Assembly (NCBI GenBank): GCA_044229975.1 | Contig: JBGARZ010000004.1 | Span: 352,001 to 416,000, forward strand | Direction of reading: 5' to 3' | DNA length: 64,000 bases | Source: Polyangiales bacterium | GTDB taxonomy: Bacteria; Myxococcota_A; Polyangia; Polyangiales; Ga0077539 | Shown here: one piece after another, positions 18,292 through 28,482 of the stretch | How the letters are laid out: every line of letters starts with the position of its first letter | Numbering within the stretch: position 1 is the stretch's first letter | Position numbers and translations under genes: made by a program | Notes under the pieces: model-generated | Told to the model about the DNA's origin: nothing | Databases searched by the model: none | Seen by the model: only the letters and a program-made list of their open reading frames with translations

Positions 18292-18993
18292 TCACGGGCT
18301 CGCACTCGGTCGCGACGGCGGGTCCTGCACCTCCACCCAGAGTGTGGTTTCGTCGTCAGCTTCGCCGCTCGCGAACCGTACCGACACGCCGTCCGGGCGC
18401 CAGCGGACGTCCGAGTCGTAGCTCATCTCCGCCGGGCTCTCGAAGGTGCGCTGCGTGCCGCGGGTCAGGTCGATGAGGACACCGCCGCGGTGGTTGCCAT
18501 CGACGGACAGCGCGCGGCGACCGTCGGGCGAGCGCTCTACGGCCAGTCCGACGGCGTCGACGAGGACGGTGCCGTCGCGGCCGTAGAGGGCACCCATCTG
18601 ACACGCCGCGCCGCAACCCCAGACGTGCCAGAGGTGGTCCCCTGCGGTCCACTCCAGCGAACCGCCCGTGCCGGGCGCCCAGTGACCCACACGCTCGGGC
18701 TGCGCCCCACGCCGCGCGGGGACCGCGAACACGTCGATCTCGCGCGGCGTCTCGTCGGGCTTCGACCACACATAGAAGAAGCGCCCCGACGGCGAGAAGC
18801 TCGCTTCGACGAACGAGCGGTACGGCAGCGCGGCGAAGCGCACCCACGTGGTGCACGCGCTCCCCTCGCAGGCCTCGACGCGCAACCCGTCGCGGAGCGA
18901 GCCGCGCGCTCTCAACCGCGGCGGGTCGGCGTGCGCTGTGGCGGGCAGCGCGACAAGACCGACGGCCAACGCGACGAGGACGTCCCGCACCAT
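18292..18993 (-). CDS. Secreted hypothetical protein (WD40/TolB-like repeats)
   Basis: Signal peptide (ALPATAHA); SFSPSGR, RSPDGRR, WRPDG motifs. Confidence 0.65.
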   Translation of the reverse strand: MVRDVLVALAVGLVALPATAHADPPRLRARGSLRDGLRVEACEGSACTTWVRFAALPYRSFVEASFSPSGRFFYVWSKPDETPREIDVFAVPARRGAQPERVGHWAPGTGGSLEWTAGDHLWHVWGCGAACQMGALYGRDGTVLVDAVGLAVERSPDGRRALSVDGNHRGGVLIDLTRGTQRTFESPAEMSYDSDVRWRPDGVSVRFASGEADDETTLWVEVQDPPSRPSASP

Positions 18994-19088
18994 GCGAGTG
19001 GCCGTAGCAGCCGCGCGGTGCGGGCGTCCAGAATGCGGTGCACCATGCTCCCTTGGTGTCAGTCGAGAGCGGCGCGATACTCGACCGC

Positions 19089-19661
19089 ATGGGGTCCCTG
19101 CACACTCTCTCCCTCTTCGCTCTTCTGCTCGCCTGCAAAACCGAGGGGGAGGAGACGGCGAGCGTCATCCCGGGAATCAGGCTTCCTCCCCCGGCGCCAT
19201 CCGGCGCCAACTATGCGAACGCCGACCTCCACGGTCAGGACCTGCATCACCGACGTTTCCACGAGGCAACGTTCACGGGGGCGAACCTGAGTGGGGCGAA
19301 CCTGATGACCTCCGACCTCTCCCGCGCGAACCTCACCGGCGCCGACCTGCGCGGCGCCAACCTGACGACGACAGCCTTCCTCCGCGCGAACCTTACGAAC
19401 GCCAACCTCGAAGGCGCCACGTTGAGGGCCACCGCCCTTATGCGGTCAAACCTTACCGGCGCGAACCTCACGAACGCGGATCTGTCGGCTGCAGTCCTGA
19501 CCGGCGCGAACCTTACCGGCGCGAACCTCACCGGCGCGACACTGATGGCTACCAACCTCCGGGGCGCAAACCTCACGGGGGCGATCCTGACGGGCGTTCA
19601 CTGCGCGCCCGGCATCACGACCTGGCCGGACGGCTTCGAACCGCCGCCGTGCCTGCCGTAG
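19089..19661 (+). CDS. Pentapeptide-repeat lipoprotein
   Basis: LLLAC lipobox; tandem A(N/D)L(T/S/R)G repeats. Confidence 0.85.
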   Translation: MGSLHTLSLFALLLACKTEGEETASVIPGIRLPPPAPSGANYANADLHGQDLHHRRFHEATFTGANLSGANLMTSDLSRANLTGADLRGANLTTTAFLRANLTNANLEGATLRATALMRSNLTGANLTNADLSAAVLTGANLTGANLTGATLMATNLRGANLTGAILTGVHCAPGITTWPDGFEPPPCLP

Positions 19662-19924
19662 GAGCGGTCGCGGCGCTCTACAAGATGCCCGCACGACCCC
19701 GCCGTCGGCGCGGCGCGCCGAGCCAACGAGCTCTCCAACGAATGCGCGGGGAGATCCCCTGCGACGTCGCCGAGAGGGGTACTTCGTAAACTGGGCGTTC
19801 GGTCAGCCAGAGCGGACCCGTGCCGACGATGGTGCCCGTTGGACCTCCGGCCACGGCAACGAGGCCACACGAACGGATTTCTTGACAGCTCCCAGCCGGC
19901 GGAGATCTATGCCAGCACATCGCC

Positions 19925-22711
19925 TTGAACGCCGTTGAGATCGAACAGGCCGTCACAGACCTTGCGGAGCAGTCTTTTGACCCCGCGGTCTTCCCTTATG
20001 CATTCCTTGAAGCCTTTGGCAACAAGGAGACGACGATCAAGAAACTTCGTGTGGGGGGATCGAACAAGTCCGATCTTGCCGGCGGTGTTCTACAGACCAA
20101 CAACATCCACATTCTGACCTGCGATACAGGCGAGGTATCGAAGGCGTTCAAAGTGCTCAAGGACAGCCCCGCCACGACCAAGGCCAAGGCGAAGTTCATC
20201 CTCGCTACTGACGGCATGGACTTCGAGGCGGAGGATCTGATAAGCGGTGAGACGGTCGCCTGCGCGTTTAAAGACTTCCCCAATTACTTCGGCTTCTTCC
20301 TGCCGCTTGCAGGGATCACGACCGTTCGGCAGATTACCGAGAACGCCTTCGACATCCGGGCAACCTGTCGCCTCAATCGCCTCTACATTGAACTACTGCG
20401 AGACAACCCCGAATGGGGAAAGGCCGCGCGTCGCCACGACATGAACCACTTCATGGCGAGGCTCATCTTCTGTTTCTTCGCCGAAGACACCGACATTTTC
20501 GTCGGCAAAGGCAAGTTCACTGAGACCGTCGCGCAGATGAGCGCGAAGAATCCGTCTGATACAGATAAGATCATCAGCACGCTGTTTCTCGCCATGAACA
20601 CCAAGCGAGAGGGACGAGTAGCGGCTAAGACTCCCCGCTGGGCCGACGACTTCCCGTATGTGAACGGCGGCTTGTTCTCCGGTAGCATGGACGTGCCGAA
20701 GTTCAGCAGGATCGCACGATCTTACCTCTTGCATGTTGGCAGCCTTGACTGGACCAGGATCAACCCAGACATCTTCGGATCGATGATCCAAGCCGTTGCG
20801 GACGACGAGGAGCGTGGCGAGTTGGGGATGCACTACACAAGCGTCCCCAATATCCTCAAGGTACTCAAGCCGCTTTTCCTCGACGACCTGCGAGCGCGGC
20901 TTGAGGAAGCCAACACCCCTCGTACCCTGTTCAATCTGCGCAAGCGCATGGCGAAGATCAGGGTCTTCGACCCCGCATGCGGTTCAGGCAACTTCTTAGT
21001 CATCGCCTATAAGGAGATGCGCGAGATCGAGGCGGAGATCAACAAGAGGCGGGGAGAGCCGGCTAGAGCCTCAGAGATTCCGCTTACGAATTTTCGCGGG
21101 ATCGAACTGCGCGACTTCCCTGCCGAGATTGCTCGCCTCGCACTGATCATTGCTGGCTACCAGTGCGACGTGCTCTATCGTGGAAAGCAACTGGCCTTGG
21201 CCGACTTCCTGCCTTTGCGCAATGAAAATTGGATTACCTGCGGTAATGCGCTGCGACTGAACTGGCTTGCTATCTGCCCGCCGACTGGAACCGGAGTGAA
21301 GGTGAAGGCCGATGACCTGTTTGGCACCCCGCTCGACCAAGCCGAGATCGACTTCGAGAACGAAGGCGGCGAGACGTATCTTTGCGGCAATCCACCGTAT
21401 GTGGGCAGCAGTTTGCAGTCCAATTCTCAGAAGGAAGACTTAGAAGATTTGTTCGCGTCGGTTCTTGAGTCTTGGAAGAACCTTGATTACATTGCGGGCT
21501 GGTTCTTCAAGGCTGCACAGTATGCGGAGGCCGTGATCTCCGACTTCGCTTTTGTCAGCACGAACTCAATCTGCCAGGGCCAACAGGTCCCACTGCTGTG
21601 GCCTCTCATGTTTCAGCGGGGCATTCACATTCACTTCGCTCACACGTCATTCAAGTGGTCCAACTTGGCGGCGGCCAACGCCGGCGTAACCGTGGTCATT
21701 GTGGCCGGCACGACGCGCCCGCGTTCCTCAGCGATCTTGTTCTCGTACGACGACGCCGGGTTGCCGCTTAAGCAGAGTGCGGTTCACATCAACGCGTACT
21801 TGGCCCTTGGGGCGGATGTCATCGTCGAGCCTCGAAGCAAGGCGCCAGACTCGCGAGGCCTGATGATGAAAGGGAACATGCCGTCGGACGGCGGATATCT
21901 CGTGCTCTCCTCCGAGGAGCGCGCCGACATCGTTCGTGATGAGAGTCATGCTGATAAGTTTATTTACGGCTATTGCGGCTCTCACGAACTCATCCACAAC
22001 GAAATGAGGCACTGTCTTTGGATACGTGACGACGAGGTTGCCCAGGCGAGTGCCGTTCCGCATATCAAAGTGCGACTGGATGGCGTGCGCGACTTTCGGG
22101 CGAACGCCAAAGCGCCGACAACGCGCCCTTACGCTGCGTTTCCGAACCGCTTTCGTCAAGTTCAAGAAGTCGCACGTAAATTCTCTATTGTCATCCCAAG
22201 GCACTCGTCTGAAAGCCGAGAGTACCTGCCTGTTGGAGTGCTTCCAGCGACCTTCATCATTTCCGATGCCGCCCTGGTCATCTACGATGCTCCGCTTTGG
22301 AACATGGCACTCATCGCGTCGCGGTTGCACCGCTCCTGGATCGCTACGGTGTGTGGACAGTTGGAGACGCGATTTCGCTACTCCAACACCCTCGGTTGGA
22401 ACACCTTCCCTCTCCCAACACTCACAGACAAGAACAAGGCCGATCTCACCCGCTGCGCCGAAGACATTCTACTTACGCGTGAGCGTCACTTCCCGGCGAC
22501 CATCGCAGATCTTTACGATCGGGACGCGATGCCCGATGACTTGCGAGCGGCGCACAATCGCAATGACGAAGTGCTGGAGCGCATCTATATCGGGCGCCGC
22601 TTCAGGAATGATACCGAGCGATTGGAGAAGCTGTTTGATCTGTACATGAAGATGACCGCCACAGCACCACTGCCCAAAGGCAATAGCCGCAAACCGAGAG
22701 CCAAAGCATGA
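19925..22711 (+). CDS. yeeA: YeeA/DnmA (MmeI-like) N6-adenine DNA methyltransferase with specificity domain
   Basis: FPYVNGGLF, IFGSMIQ, GMHYTS, FDPACGSGNFL (motif I), GNPPY (motif IV), FVSTNSICQG, RYSNTLGWNTFP; TTG start; lower GC. Confidence 0.92.
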   Translation: MNAVEIEQAVTDLAEQSFDPAVFPYAFLEAFGNKETTIKKLRVGGSNKSDLAGGVLQTNNIHILTCDTGEVSKAFKVLKDSPATTKAKAKFILATDGMDFEAEDLISGETVACAFKDFPNYFGFFLPLAGITTVRQITENAFDIRATCRLNRLYIELLRDNPEWGKAARRHDMNHFMARLIFCFFAEDTDIFVGKGKFTETVAQMSAKNPSDTDKIISTLFLAMNTKREGRVAAKTPRWADDFPYVNGGLFSGSMDVPKFSRIARSYLLHVGSLDWTRINPDIFGSMIQAVADDEERGELGMHYTSVPNILKVLKPLFLDDLRARLEEANTPRTLFNLRKRMAKIRVFDPACGSGNFLVIAYKEMREIEAEINKRRGEPARASEIPLTNFRGIELRDFPAEIARLALIIAGYQCDVLYRGKQLALADFLPLRNENWITCGNALRLNWLAICPPTGTGVKVKADDLFGTPLDQAEIDFENEGGETYLCGNPPYVGSSLQSNSQKEDLEDLFASVLESWKNLDYIAGWFFKAAQYAEAVISDFAFVSTNSICQGQQVPLLWPLMFQRGIHIHFAHTSFKWSNLAAANAGVTVVIVAGTTRPRSSAILFSYDDAGLPLKQSAVHINAYLALGADVIVEPRSKAPDSRGLMMKGNMPSDGGYLVLSSEERADIVRDESHADKFIYGYCGSHELIHNEMRHCLWIRDDEVAQASAVPHIKVRLDGVRDFRANAKAPTTRPYAAFPNRFRQVQEVARKFSIVIPRHSSESREYLPVGVLPATFIISDAALVIYDAPLWNMALIASRLHRSWIATVCGQLETRFRYSNTLGWNTFPLPTLTDKNKADLTRCAEDILLTRERHFPATIADLYDRDAMPDDLRAAHNRNDEVLERIYIGRRFRNDTERLEKLFDLYMKMTATAPLPKGNSRKPRAKA

Positions 22712-24765
22712 GTGACAAGATCCAATCTATTCCGTCTGTCTCTGTCACCTACGCTCGCAACGGCGCATCTACGAAGGCCAACGCCTTTGGGATGCGGCCC
22801 ATGCAAGAGCGTGTCTACGAGAAGCGCGGTGAGCAGTATCTCCTCATCAAGTCACCCCCTGCGTCGGGCAAGAGCCGCGCCCTCATGTTTGTTGCGCTCG
22901 ACAAGCTGAAGAATCAAGGCTTGAAGCAGGCTATCATCGTCGTGCCGGAGAGGTCCATCGGAGCCAGCTTTAACGATGAGCCGCTGTCCAAATTCGGCTT
23001 TTGGTCCGACTGGCATGTCGAGCCAAAGTGGAACCTCTGCAACGCCCCCGGGAATGACAATGGCGGCAAGGTCAAGTCGCTCGGTGCGTTTCTCGAATCC
23101 GACGACAAGGTGTTGGTATGCACGCACGCGACGTTCCGGTTCGCCGTTGACGCCTACGGCGTGGAGGCCTTCGATGATCGCCTCATCGCGGTTGATGAGT
23201 TCCATCATGTTTCGGCCAACCCCGATAATCGGCTAGGCACGCACCTCGGGCAGCTCATAGCACGGGAACGCACTCACATCGTCGCCATGACCGGATCCTA
23301 CTTCCGAGGCGACGCTGAGGCCGTTCTTAGCCCGAAGGATGAAGCCAATTTCGATACCGTCACTTACACTTATTACGAACAGCTCAATGGCTATGAGTAT
23401 TTGAAGCAGCTCGATATCGGCTATTTCTTCTACAGCGGCCCTTACGTCGACAGCATCCTCAGTGTTCTAAACCCCGCCGAAAAGACGATCATCCACATCC
23501 CTAACGTCAATGCGCGCGAGAGCACAAAGGACAAGGTGCGCGAAGTGGAAGACATCATCGGGGCGTTAGGCGAGTGGCAGGGCGCCGACGCCGCGACGGG
23601 CTTCCAACTTGTCAAGCGACCTGATGGTCAACTGCTGCGCGTCGCCGATCTTGTCGATGACGATCCCGTCAAGCGCGACCGCGTGTCTGCTGCGCTCAGG
23701 GTTTCAGCACAGAAGATGAACAGGGAGTATGTGGACATCATCATCGCGCTCGGCATGGCGAAAGAGGGCTTTGACTGGATTTGGTGCGAACATGCGCTGA
23801 CTGTTGGCTACCGCGCCAGCTTGACCGAGATCGTGCAGATCATCGGTCGCGCAACCCGCGACGCGCCCGGCAAGACTCGCGCGAGGTTCACCAACCTGAT
23901 CGCCGAACCGGACGCCTCCGAAGAAGCCGTGACGGAGGCCGTTAACGACACCTTGAAGGCCATCGCCGCGAGCCTCCTGATGGAGCAGGTTCTCGCTCCG
24001 CGCTTCGAATTCAAGTCGAAGAACGCGGATAGCGGCCCAACGCCTGACTACGACTACGGCGAGGGCGGCTACGATCCAGACAAGTCCAACATTGGCTTCA
24101 ACCATCAGACGGGACAGGTGCAGATCGAGATCAAGGGGCTTGCGGAACCCAAAAGCAAAGAAGCTGCCCGCATTTGTCTGGAGGACCTGAACGAGGTGAT
24201 CGCCACCTTCATCCAGGACAAAACCGCTATCGAACGCGGCTTGTTCGATGATGAACTGGTGCCGGAGGAACTGACGCAGATTCGCATGGGCAAGATTATC
24301 AAGGACAGGTACCCCGAGCTTGACGCGGAAGATCAGGAGTCCGTACGTCAGCACGCCATAGCCGCCCTCAACCTGACGCAACAGGCAAAGCGGCTTGTCA
24401 CGGGAGTTGAAGGCGATAAGACCTCCCGAAACACCGCCTTGCTCGACGGCGTGCGCCGCTTTGCTATGGACGTTCGCGAACTAGACATAGACCTGATCGA
24501 TCGCATCAATCCCTTTGGTGAAGCCTACGCTATCCTCGCTAAGACCATGAGCGAGGGAACCTTGAAGCAGGTCGCGGCGGCAATCTCCGCCAAGCGAGCG
24601 AACCTGACGCCCGAGGACGCGAAGGAACTTGCGATCCGTGCCTTCCAGTTCAAGAGGGAGCGTGGTCGGGTGCCCGCGCTGGATTCGCAGGATGCATGGG
24701 AGCGCCGCATGGCCGAAGGGGCGGCTTCCTTCATGCGCTATAAGAAGGAGGGGCGTTATGAGTGA
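22708..24765 (+). CDS. yeeB: YeeB-like superfamily 2 (DEAD/DEAH-type) helicase
   Basis: PPASGKSRA, VDEFHH, MTGSYFRGD, MAKEGFDW, QIIGRATR; ATGA overlap with the methyltransferase. Confidence 0.9.
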   Translation: MSDKIQSIPSVSVTYARNGASTKANAFGMRPMQERVYEKRGEQYLLIKSPPASGKSRALMFVALDKLKNQGLKQAIIVVPERSIGASFNDEPLSKFGFWSDWHVEPKWNLCNAPGNDNGGKVKSLGAFLESDDKVLVCTHATFRFAVDAYGVEAFDDRLIAVDEFHHVSANPDNRLGTHLGQLIARERTHIVAMTGSYFRGDAEAVLSPKDEANFDTVTYTYYEQLNGYEYLKQLDIGYFFYSGPYVDSILSVLNPAEKTIIHIPNVNARESTKDKVREVEDIIGALGEWQGADAATGFQLVKRPDGQLLRVADLVDDDPVKRDRVSAALRVSAQKMNREYVDIIIALGMAKEGFDWIWCEHALTVGYRASLTEIVQIIGRATRDAPGKTRARFTNLIAEPDASEEAVTEAVNDTLKAIAASLLMEQVLAPRFEFKSKNADSGPTPDYDYGEGGYDPDKSNIGFNHQTGQVQIEIKGLAEPKSKEAARICLEDLNEVIATFIQDKTAIERGLFDDELVPEELTQIRMGKIIKDRYPELDAEDQESVRQHAIAALNLTQQAKRLVTGVEGDKTSRNTALLDGVRRFAMDVRELDIDLIDRINPFGEAYAILAKTMSEGTLKQVAAAISAKRANLTPEDAKELAIRAFQFKRERGRVPALDSQDAWERRMAEGAASFMRYKKEGRYE

Positions 24766-25960
24766 CCCCAACCTTGACGAACTAGCCTCAGAGCTGTCCG
24801 AGTTTGCCGCGCCTGAGAAGTCGGGTGGCCGCCCGCCGCGCGAGGAGCGCTTGATTGCCGGGTTCGAACAAATTCAGCGGTTTGTCGCGAAGCACGATCG
24901 CGCTCCGCAGCACGGGGAAGATCGCGACATTTTTGAGCGGCTGTACGCCGTTCGCTTGGATCGACTGCGAGCACTACCGGAATGCCGCGCGCTCCTCACT
25001 CCGCTAGACCATCAAGGCTTGCTCGGGAGCACGGAAATGGCGTCGGAGGCTGCCCTCACCTACGACGTGGATGAGTTGGCCGCTGAACTCGCGGGCGCAG
25101 CCGAAGTGGACGACATCACCGTTCTGCGCCACGTCCGCACGAGTGTCGACAAGCGCGCCGCCGAGGAGATCGCCGACCGCAAGCGCTGCGATGACTTCGA
25201 GAACTTCAAACCGCTGTTTGAGCGCGTGGAGGCGGACCTCAAGACGGGACTGCGCCAGTCCCATCCCATTGAGGCGGGCCGCCGCGCGATTGAGGCCGGA
25301 GACTTCTTCATCCTCGACGGCATCACCCTCTACGTCGCAGAGGTGGGCGAGCCGTTGAAGACGACTGCTAATGAGGTGGATCGCCGTTTGCGGGCAGTCT
25401 TCGCCAACGGCACCGAGAGCAATCTCCTGCTACGCTCGCTCCAACGTGCGTTCTACAACGATCCCGCCGCACGGCGGTTGGTATCCCGAGAGAGCGGACA
25501 ACTTTCGTTCGGCGGCGAGTTTGAAGCAGACGATGTTGAGAGCGGTACGATCTACGTCCTTCGCTCGTCGTCTGATGACCCCTATGTCGCGCAGCACCGC
25601 GACCTGATCCACAAGATTGGCGTGACGGGCGGCAGGGTAGAGACTCGCATCGCCGACGCCGAGCACGACGCTACATACCTTCTGGCTAAGGTCGAAGTGG
25701 TCGCCACGTATAAGCTGGCAGGCATCAACCGCACTCGAATGGAAAAGCTGTTTCACCGACTGTTCGCGTCGGCTCGACTGAACATCACCATCAAAGACCG
25801 TTTCGGTCACCCCGTGCAGCCGCAGGAATGGTTCCTCGTTCCACTGTTCGTCGTTGACGAAGCCGTAGAGCGCATCAGGGACGGGTCGATAACCAACTAC
25901 GTTTATGATCCCGAGGCAGCGCGTCTGGTAATGCCGATTTCTGCGTCGCGCGAAGGCTGA
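24758..25960 (+). CDS. yeeC: YeeC-like GIY-YIG/T5orf172 nuclease-domain protein
   Basis: SGTIYVLRS...HKIGVT...MEKLFHRLF...PQEWFLVP; overlaps the helicase stop; AAGGAGG RBS. Confidence 0.88.
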   Translation: MSDPNLDELASELSEFAAPEKSGGRPPREERLIAGFEQIQRFVAKHDRAPQHGEDRDIFERLYAVRLDRLRALPECRALLTPLDHQGLLGSTEMASEAALTYDVDELAAELAGAAEVDDITVLRHVRTSVDKRAAEEIADRKRCDDFENFKPLFERVEADLKTGLRQSHPIEAGRRAIEAGDFFILDGITLYVAEVGEPLKTTANEVDRRLRAVFANGTESNLLLRSLQRAFYNDPAARRLVSRESGQLSFGGEFEADDVESGTIYVLRSSSDDPYVAQHRDLIHKIGVTGGRVETRIADAEHDATYLLAKVEVVATYKLAGINRTRMEKLFHRLFASARLNITIKDRFGHPVQPQEWFLVPLFVVDEAVERIRDGSITNYVYDPEAARLVMPISASREG

Positions 25961-26223
25961 ACAGGCAGACTCAATGCTTCTACGCACGGCGATTGGGTGT
26001 GCCCTCCAGCGAGGTCTCCTACGGCGCGCGAGGAGATCCCAATCGACATCGCTGCCAAATGAACTTCGTGGTCTGGGCCATCTGGTAGAGCGGATCCGTG
26101 TCGACAAGGGTGCCCCGCTGGACCTCCTATTGGCCGTCGCTGTCAACCGCGGCGCGTCGACCCCACTGACGCGCGCTCGTGCGCCGTCGCTGCGCGCCCG
26201 GTGCGCTGGTACGGTGCCGCCCG

Positions 26224-26985
26224 ATGGGCATTCGGGGAGTCTTGGTCGGGGCGCTCGCGATGCTCGGCTGCGGCTCGACCGCGGCCTCGACCGACGCCGG
26301 GTCGGACGCACGCCCGGGCTTCGACGCCTCGCAGGCGTGCGGGCTCCAGCAGTATCAGTTGGCGTCGCAGCTCCTCGCGCCGAACGAAGGGCGGCCCGCG
26401 TGCTCGGTGGTCGTGAGGATCTCGGCGACCACGATGCGTCCGACGGGCTTTCAGGCGTTCTGCGGAGCTGCGACGGGCGCGACGGACGCGCAGGCCGCGG
26501 CGCTCGCGGAGGCGGCGATGATTCCCTCCGCGACGCCGCAGCGCGTGGAGGCCGCGACGCCTGCGGATGCGTTCTTGTTCTACGCGCCGCCTAGCGACCT
26601 CGGCGGCATCGTGGCGGTGAGTGCGCGGCTGGGCGTGACGGTGTTCGCGGCGCCCGTGGTGTGGGGCAACCCCGAGCAGACCTTCGTCCCCGCGCAGTGG
26701 CGCGACGGGTCGGAGCTCGCCTACGGCTGCGGCACCGGCGTGGTGATCCCGCGTGTGCGCGGCGTGAACCTGTCCAGCGGCGCGGCCCTCGACGCGGCGA
26801 CGATCGAGCCGGTGACCGACGCGATCCGCCGCACGATGCTGCCGGGCGCGCTCGCCGACCGGGGCGCGGTGCTCGACGCGGTGGTGTTCGGCTACGACCC
26901 GACGCCGGGGCGCGACGGAGACGGCGACGACGGCCCGCTGTGGATCGCCATCGTCAACGCAGGAAGGGACGACCCGACGCCATGA
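26224..26985 (+). CDS. Hypothetical lipoprotein
   Basis: MGIRGVLVGALAMLGC lipobox; host-like codon usage. Confidence 0.7.
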   Translation: MGIRGVLVGALAMLGCGSTAASTDAGSDARPGFDASQACGLQQYQLASQLLAPNEGRPACSVVVRISATTMRPTGFQAFCGAATGATDAQAAALAEAAMIPSATPQRVEAATPADAFLFYAPPSDLGGIVAVSARLGVTVFAAPVVWGNPEQTFVPAQWRDGSELAYGCGTGVVIPRVRGVNLSSGAALDAATIEPVTDAIRRTMLPGALADRGAVLDAVVFGYDPTPGRDGDGDDGPLWIAIVNAGRDDPTP

Positions 26986-27284
26986 AGTTCATCGACCTCG
27001 TCGCGCCGCGCCGCCTGGGCGCGCTGGCGCTGGGCGCGGCTGTCACGCTCTCGTGGGGCGAGCGCGCCGCGGCGTGCCGGTGTCGGCTCTACGATCAGGA
27101 GCAGCTCACGCTGGAGCTCGAATCGGTCACGGTCGACGGCGCGCCGACCGCCGACGTCGCGGCCTGGCAGCGGAACGACGTGACGCTCCATCCCGACCCC
27201 AATGGCGAGGTGCTCACGCTGCGATGGCACGAGCGTGATGGCGGCGCAGGCGAGGGGAGCGAGCGCTATGACCCGATCCGTTAG
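26982..27284 (+). CDS. Small secreted hypothetical protein
   Basis: ATGA overlap; signal peptide ending AAA-CRC. Confidence 0.6.
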   Translation: MKFIDLVAPRRLGALALGAAVTLSWGERAAACRCRLYDQEQLTLELESVTVDGAPTADVAAWQRNDVTLHPDPNGEVLTLRWHERDGGAGEGSERYDPIR

Positions 27285-27558
27285 CCTGCTGTTCGCGGCG
27301 CTCGCGGTCGCCGCCGCGGGGTGCGGGAGCGAGCGATTCGGCTCGTGCGAGGGGGTCGTGTGCCCGCCGCTGCAACGGGTCGCGGTCCGCGCTGGGTCTT
27401 ATGAGGGGTAGCTCGCGACGACCGTGACGCCGTCGGCGGTCCCGTTTCCGCGCGACGAGTCGCGGCGGACGTTGGTGGTTGACCGCGACGCGGGGGTGGT
27501 GACCATCACCGCGGCGCGCGACGGCAGCGTGGTCGTCGAGCGCTGGCGCATCCGTTAG
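27268..27558 (+). pseudogene. Small lipoprotein gene interrupted by an in-frame TAG (27409-27411)
   Basis: AAAGC lipobox; the frame continues past the TAG with typical codon usage to VVVERWRIR*. Confidence 0.55.
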
Positions 27559-27609
27559 CGGGGGTTCAGCCCGAGCGCTCGATCACACCTCCCCCGCGTG
27601 ACCCGCCGC

Positions 27610-27649
27610 AGACACTTTCACAGTGACTCGACCCACCGTGAAAGTGTCT
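27610..27649. repeat. ~40-bp palindromic site, copy 2 (inverted relative to copies 1 and 3)
   Basis: Reverse complement AGACACTTTCACGGTG-GGTCGAGT-CACTGTGAAAGTGTCT. Confidence 0.9.
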
Positions 27650-27659
27650 CCCGCGCCCC

Positions 27660-28394
27660 CTACGCCCCGCCCTTGCGCGCCGCGGCGACCAGTGACACCA
27701 GTGCCGCCAGCGGCATTCGCACCTGCGCGTCGGCGCCGCTTTCCTTGCGCGTCGCGATGAGCTTCGCGGCCACGCCTTCGTCGTCGCCGACGATGGCCCG
27801 CAGCCGCTTGACCGTCGCATCGAAGCGGCGCTGCTCGACCGCGCTCACGGTGAGCCCGCGGCGCGTCGCTCCTGTCGCGGCCGCCCCACGCCGTAGCGTC
27901 GCGGCGGCGTCGTTGATGGCCTGCACCGTCGCCTTCGCCACGTCGAGCACGGCGCCCGACGGGAGCGCGAGCTTCGCCGCCAGGAGGTCTTCGACGCGGT
28001 CGTCTTCGGGCGTGGCGTCGGCGAGGTTCATCAGCGCCGAGGCGCGGTCGGTGCCGAGCTCGCGCACCAGCGACGCGTCGAGCTTCTCGTAGAGCTTGAT
28101 GAGCAGGTCGGCGCGCGTCACCGAGAGGTCGAGCTTCTTCGCGCACAGCGTCTCGAAGGAGCCGTAGCCCATCGCGTCGGCGACCCCCTTGCTCTTCAGC
28201 ACCTGGAGCGCGCGCCCCATCGCGAGGAAGTCGTCGCTGATCTTCGTGCGCAGCGCCTTGATCGCGCTCAGCGCCTTGAATCCCTCATCGGCCAGGCGCT
28301 GTCGTTTCGCATCCCGTTGGGCCCGGGCGTTTCTCTCCAGCGCTGCGGGGAGCTTCGATCGGGTCGCTGCGGTCGAGGTCTTCTTCGTCGCCAT
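27660..28394 (-). CDS. Hypothetical basic helical protein, possibly DUF3102-like DNA-binding
   Basis: Clean ORF; FLAMGRALQVLK...MGYGSFETLCAKKLDLSVTRADLLI resembles DUF3102-type helical domains (family call is inference). Confidence 0.65.
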   Translation of the reverse strand: MATKKTSTAATRSKLPAALERNARAQRDAKRQRLADEGFKALSAIKALRTKISDDFLAMGRALQVLKSKGVADAMGYGSFETLCAKKLDLSVTRADLLIKLYEKLDASLVRELGTDRASALMNLADATPEDDRVEDLLAAKLALPSGAVLDVAKATVQAINDAAATLRRGAAATGATRRGLTVSAVEQRRFDATVKRLRAIVGDDEGVAAKLIATRKESGADAQVRMPLAALVSLVAAARKGGA

Positions 28395-28482
28395 CGACGG
28401 AGGACGTTACCGTTTGCGGAGATGGACCGCGACCCAACGCTGCCGCCGAGGACGCGGCATCTCCTCGCGGCGACTACTTCGG

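Noticed and set aside
19089..19661. Qnr/MfpA quinolone-resistance protein
   Set aside because: It has a lipoprotein signal and generic ANLTG repeats, so it would not reach cytoplasmic gyrase.
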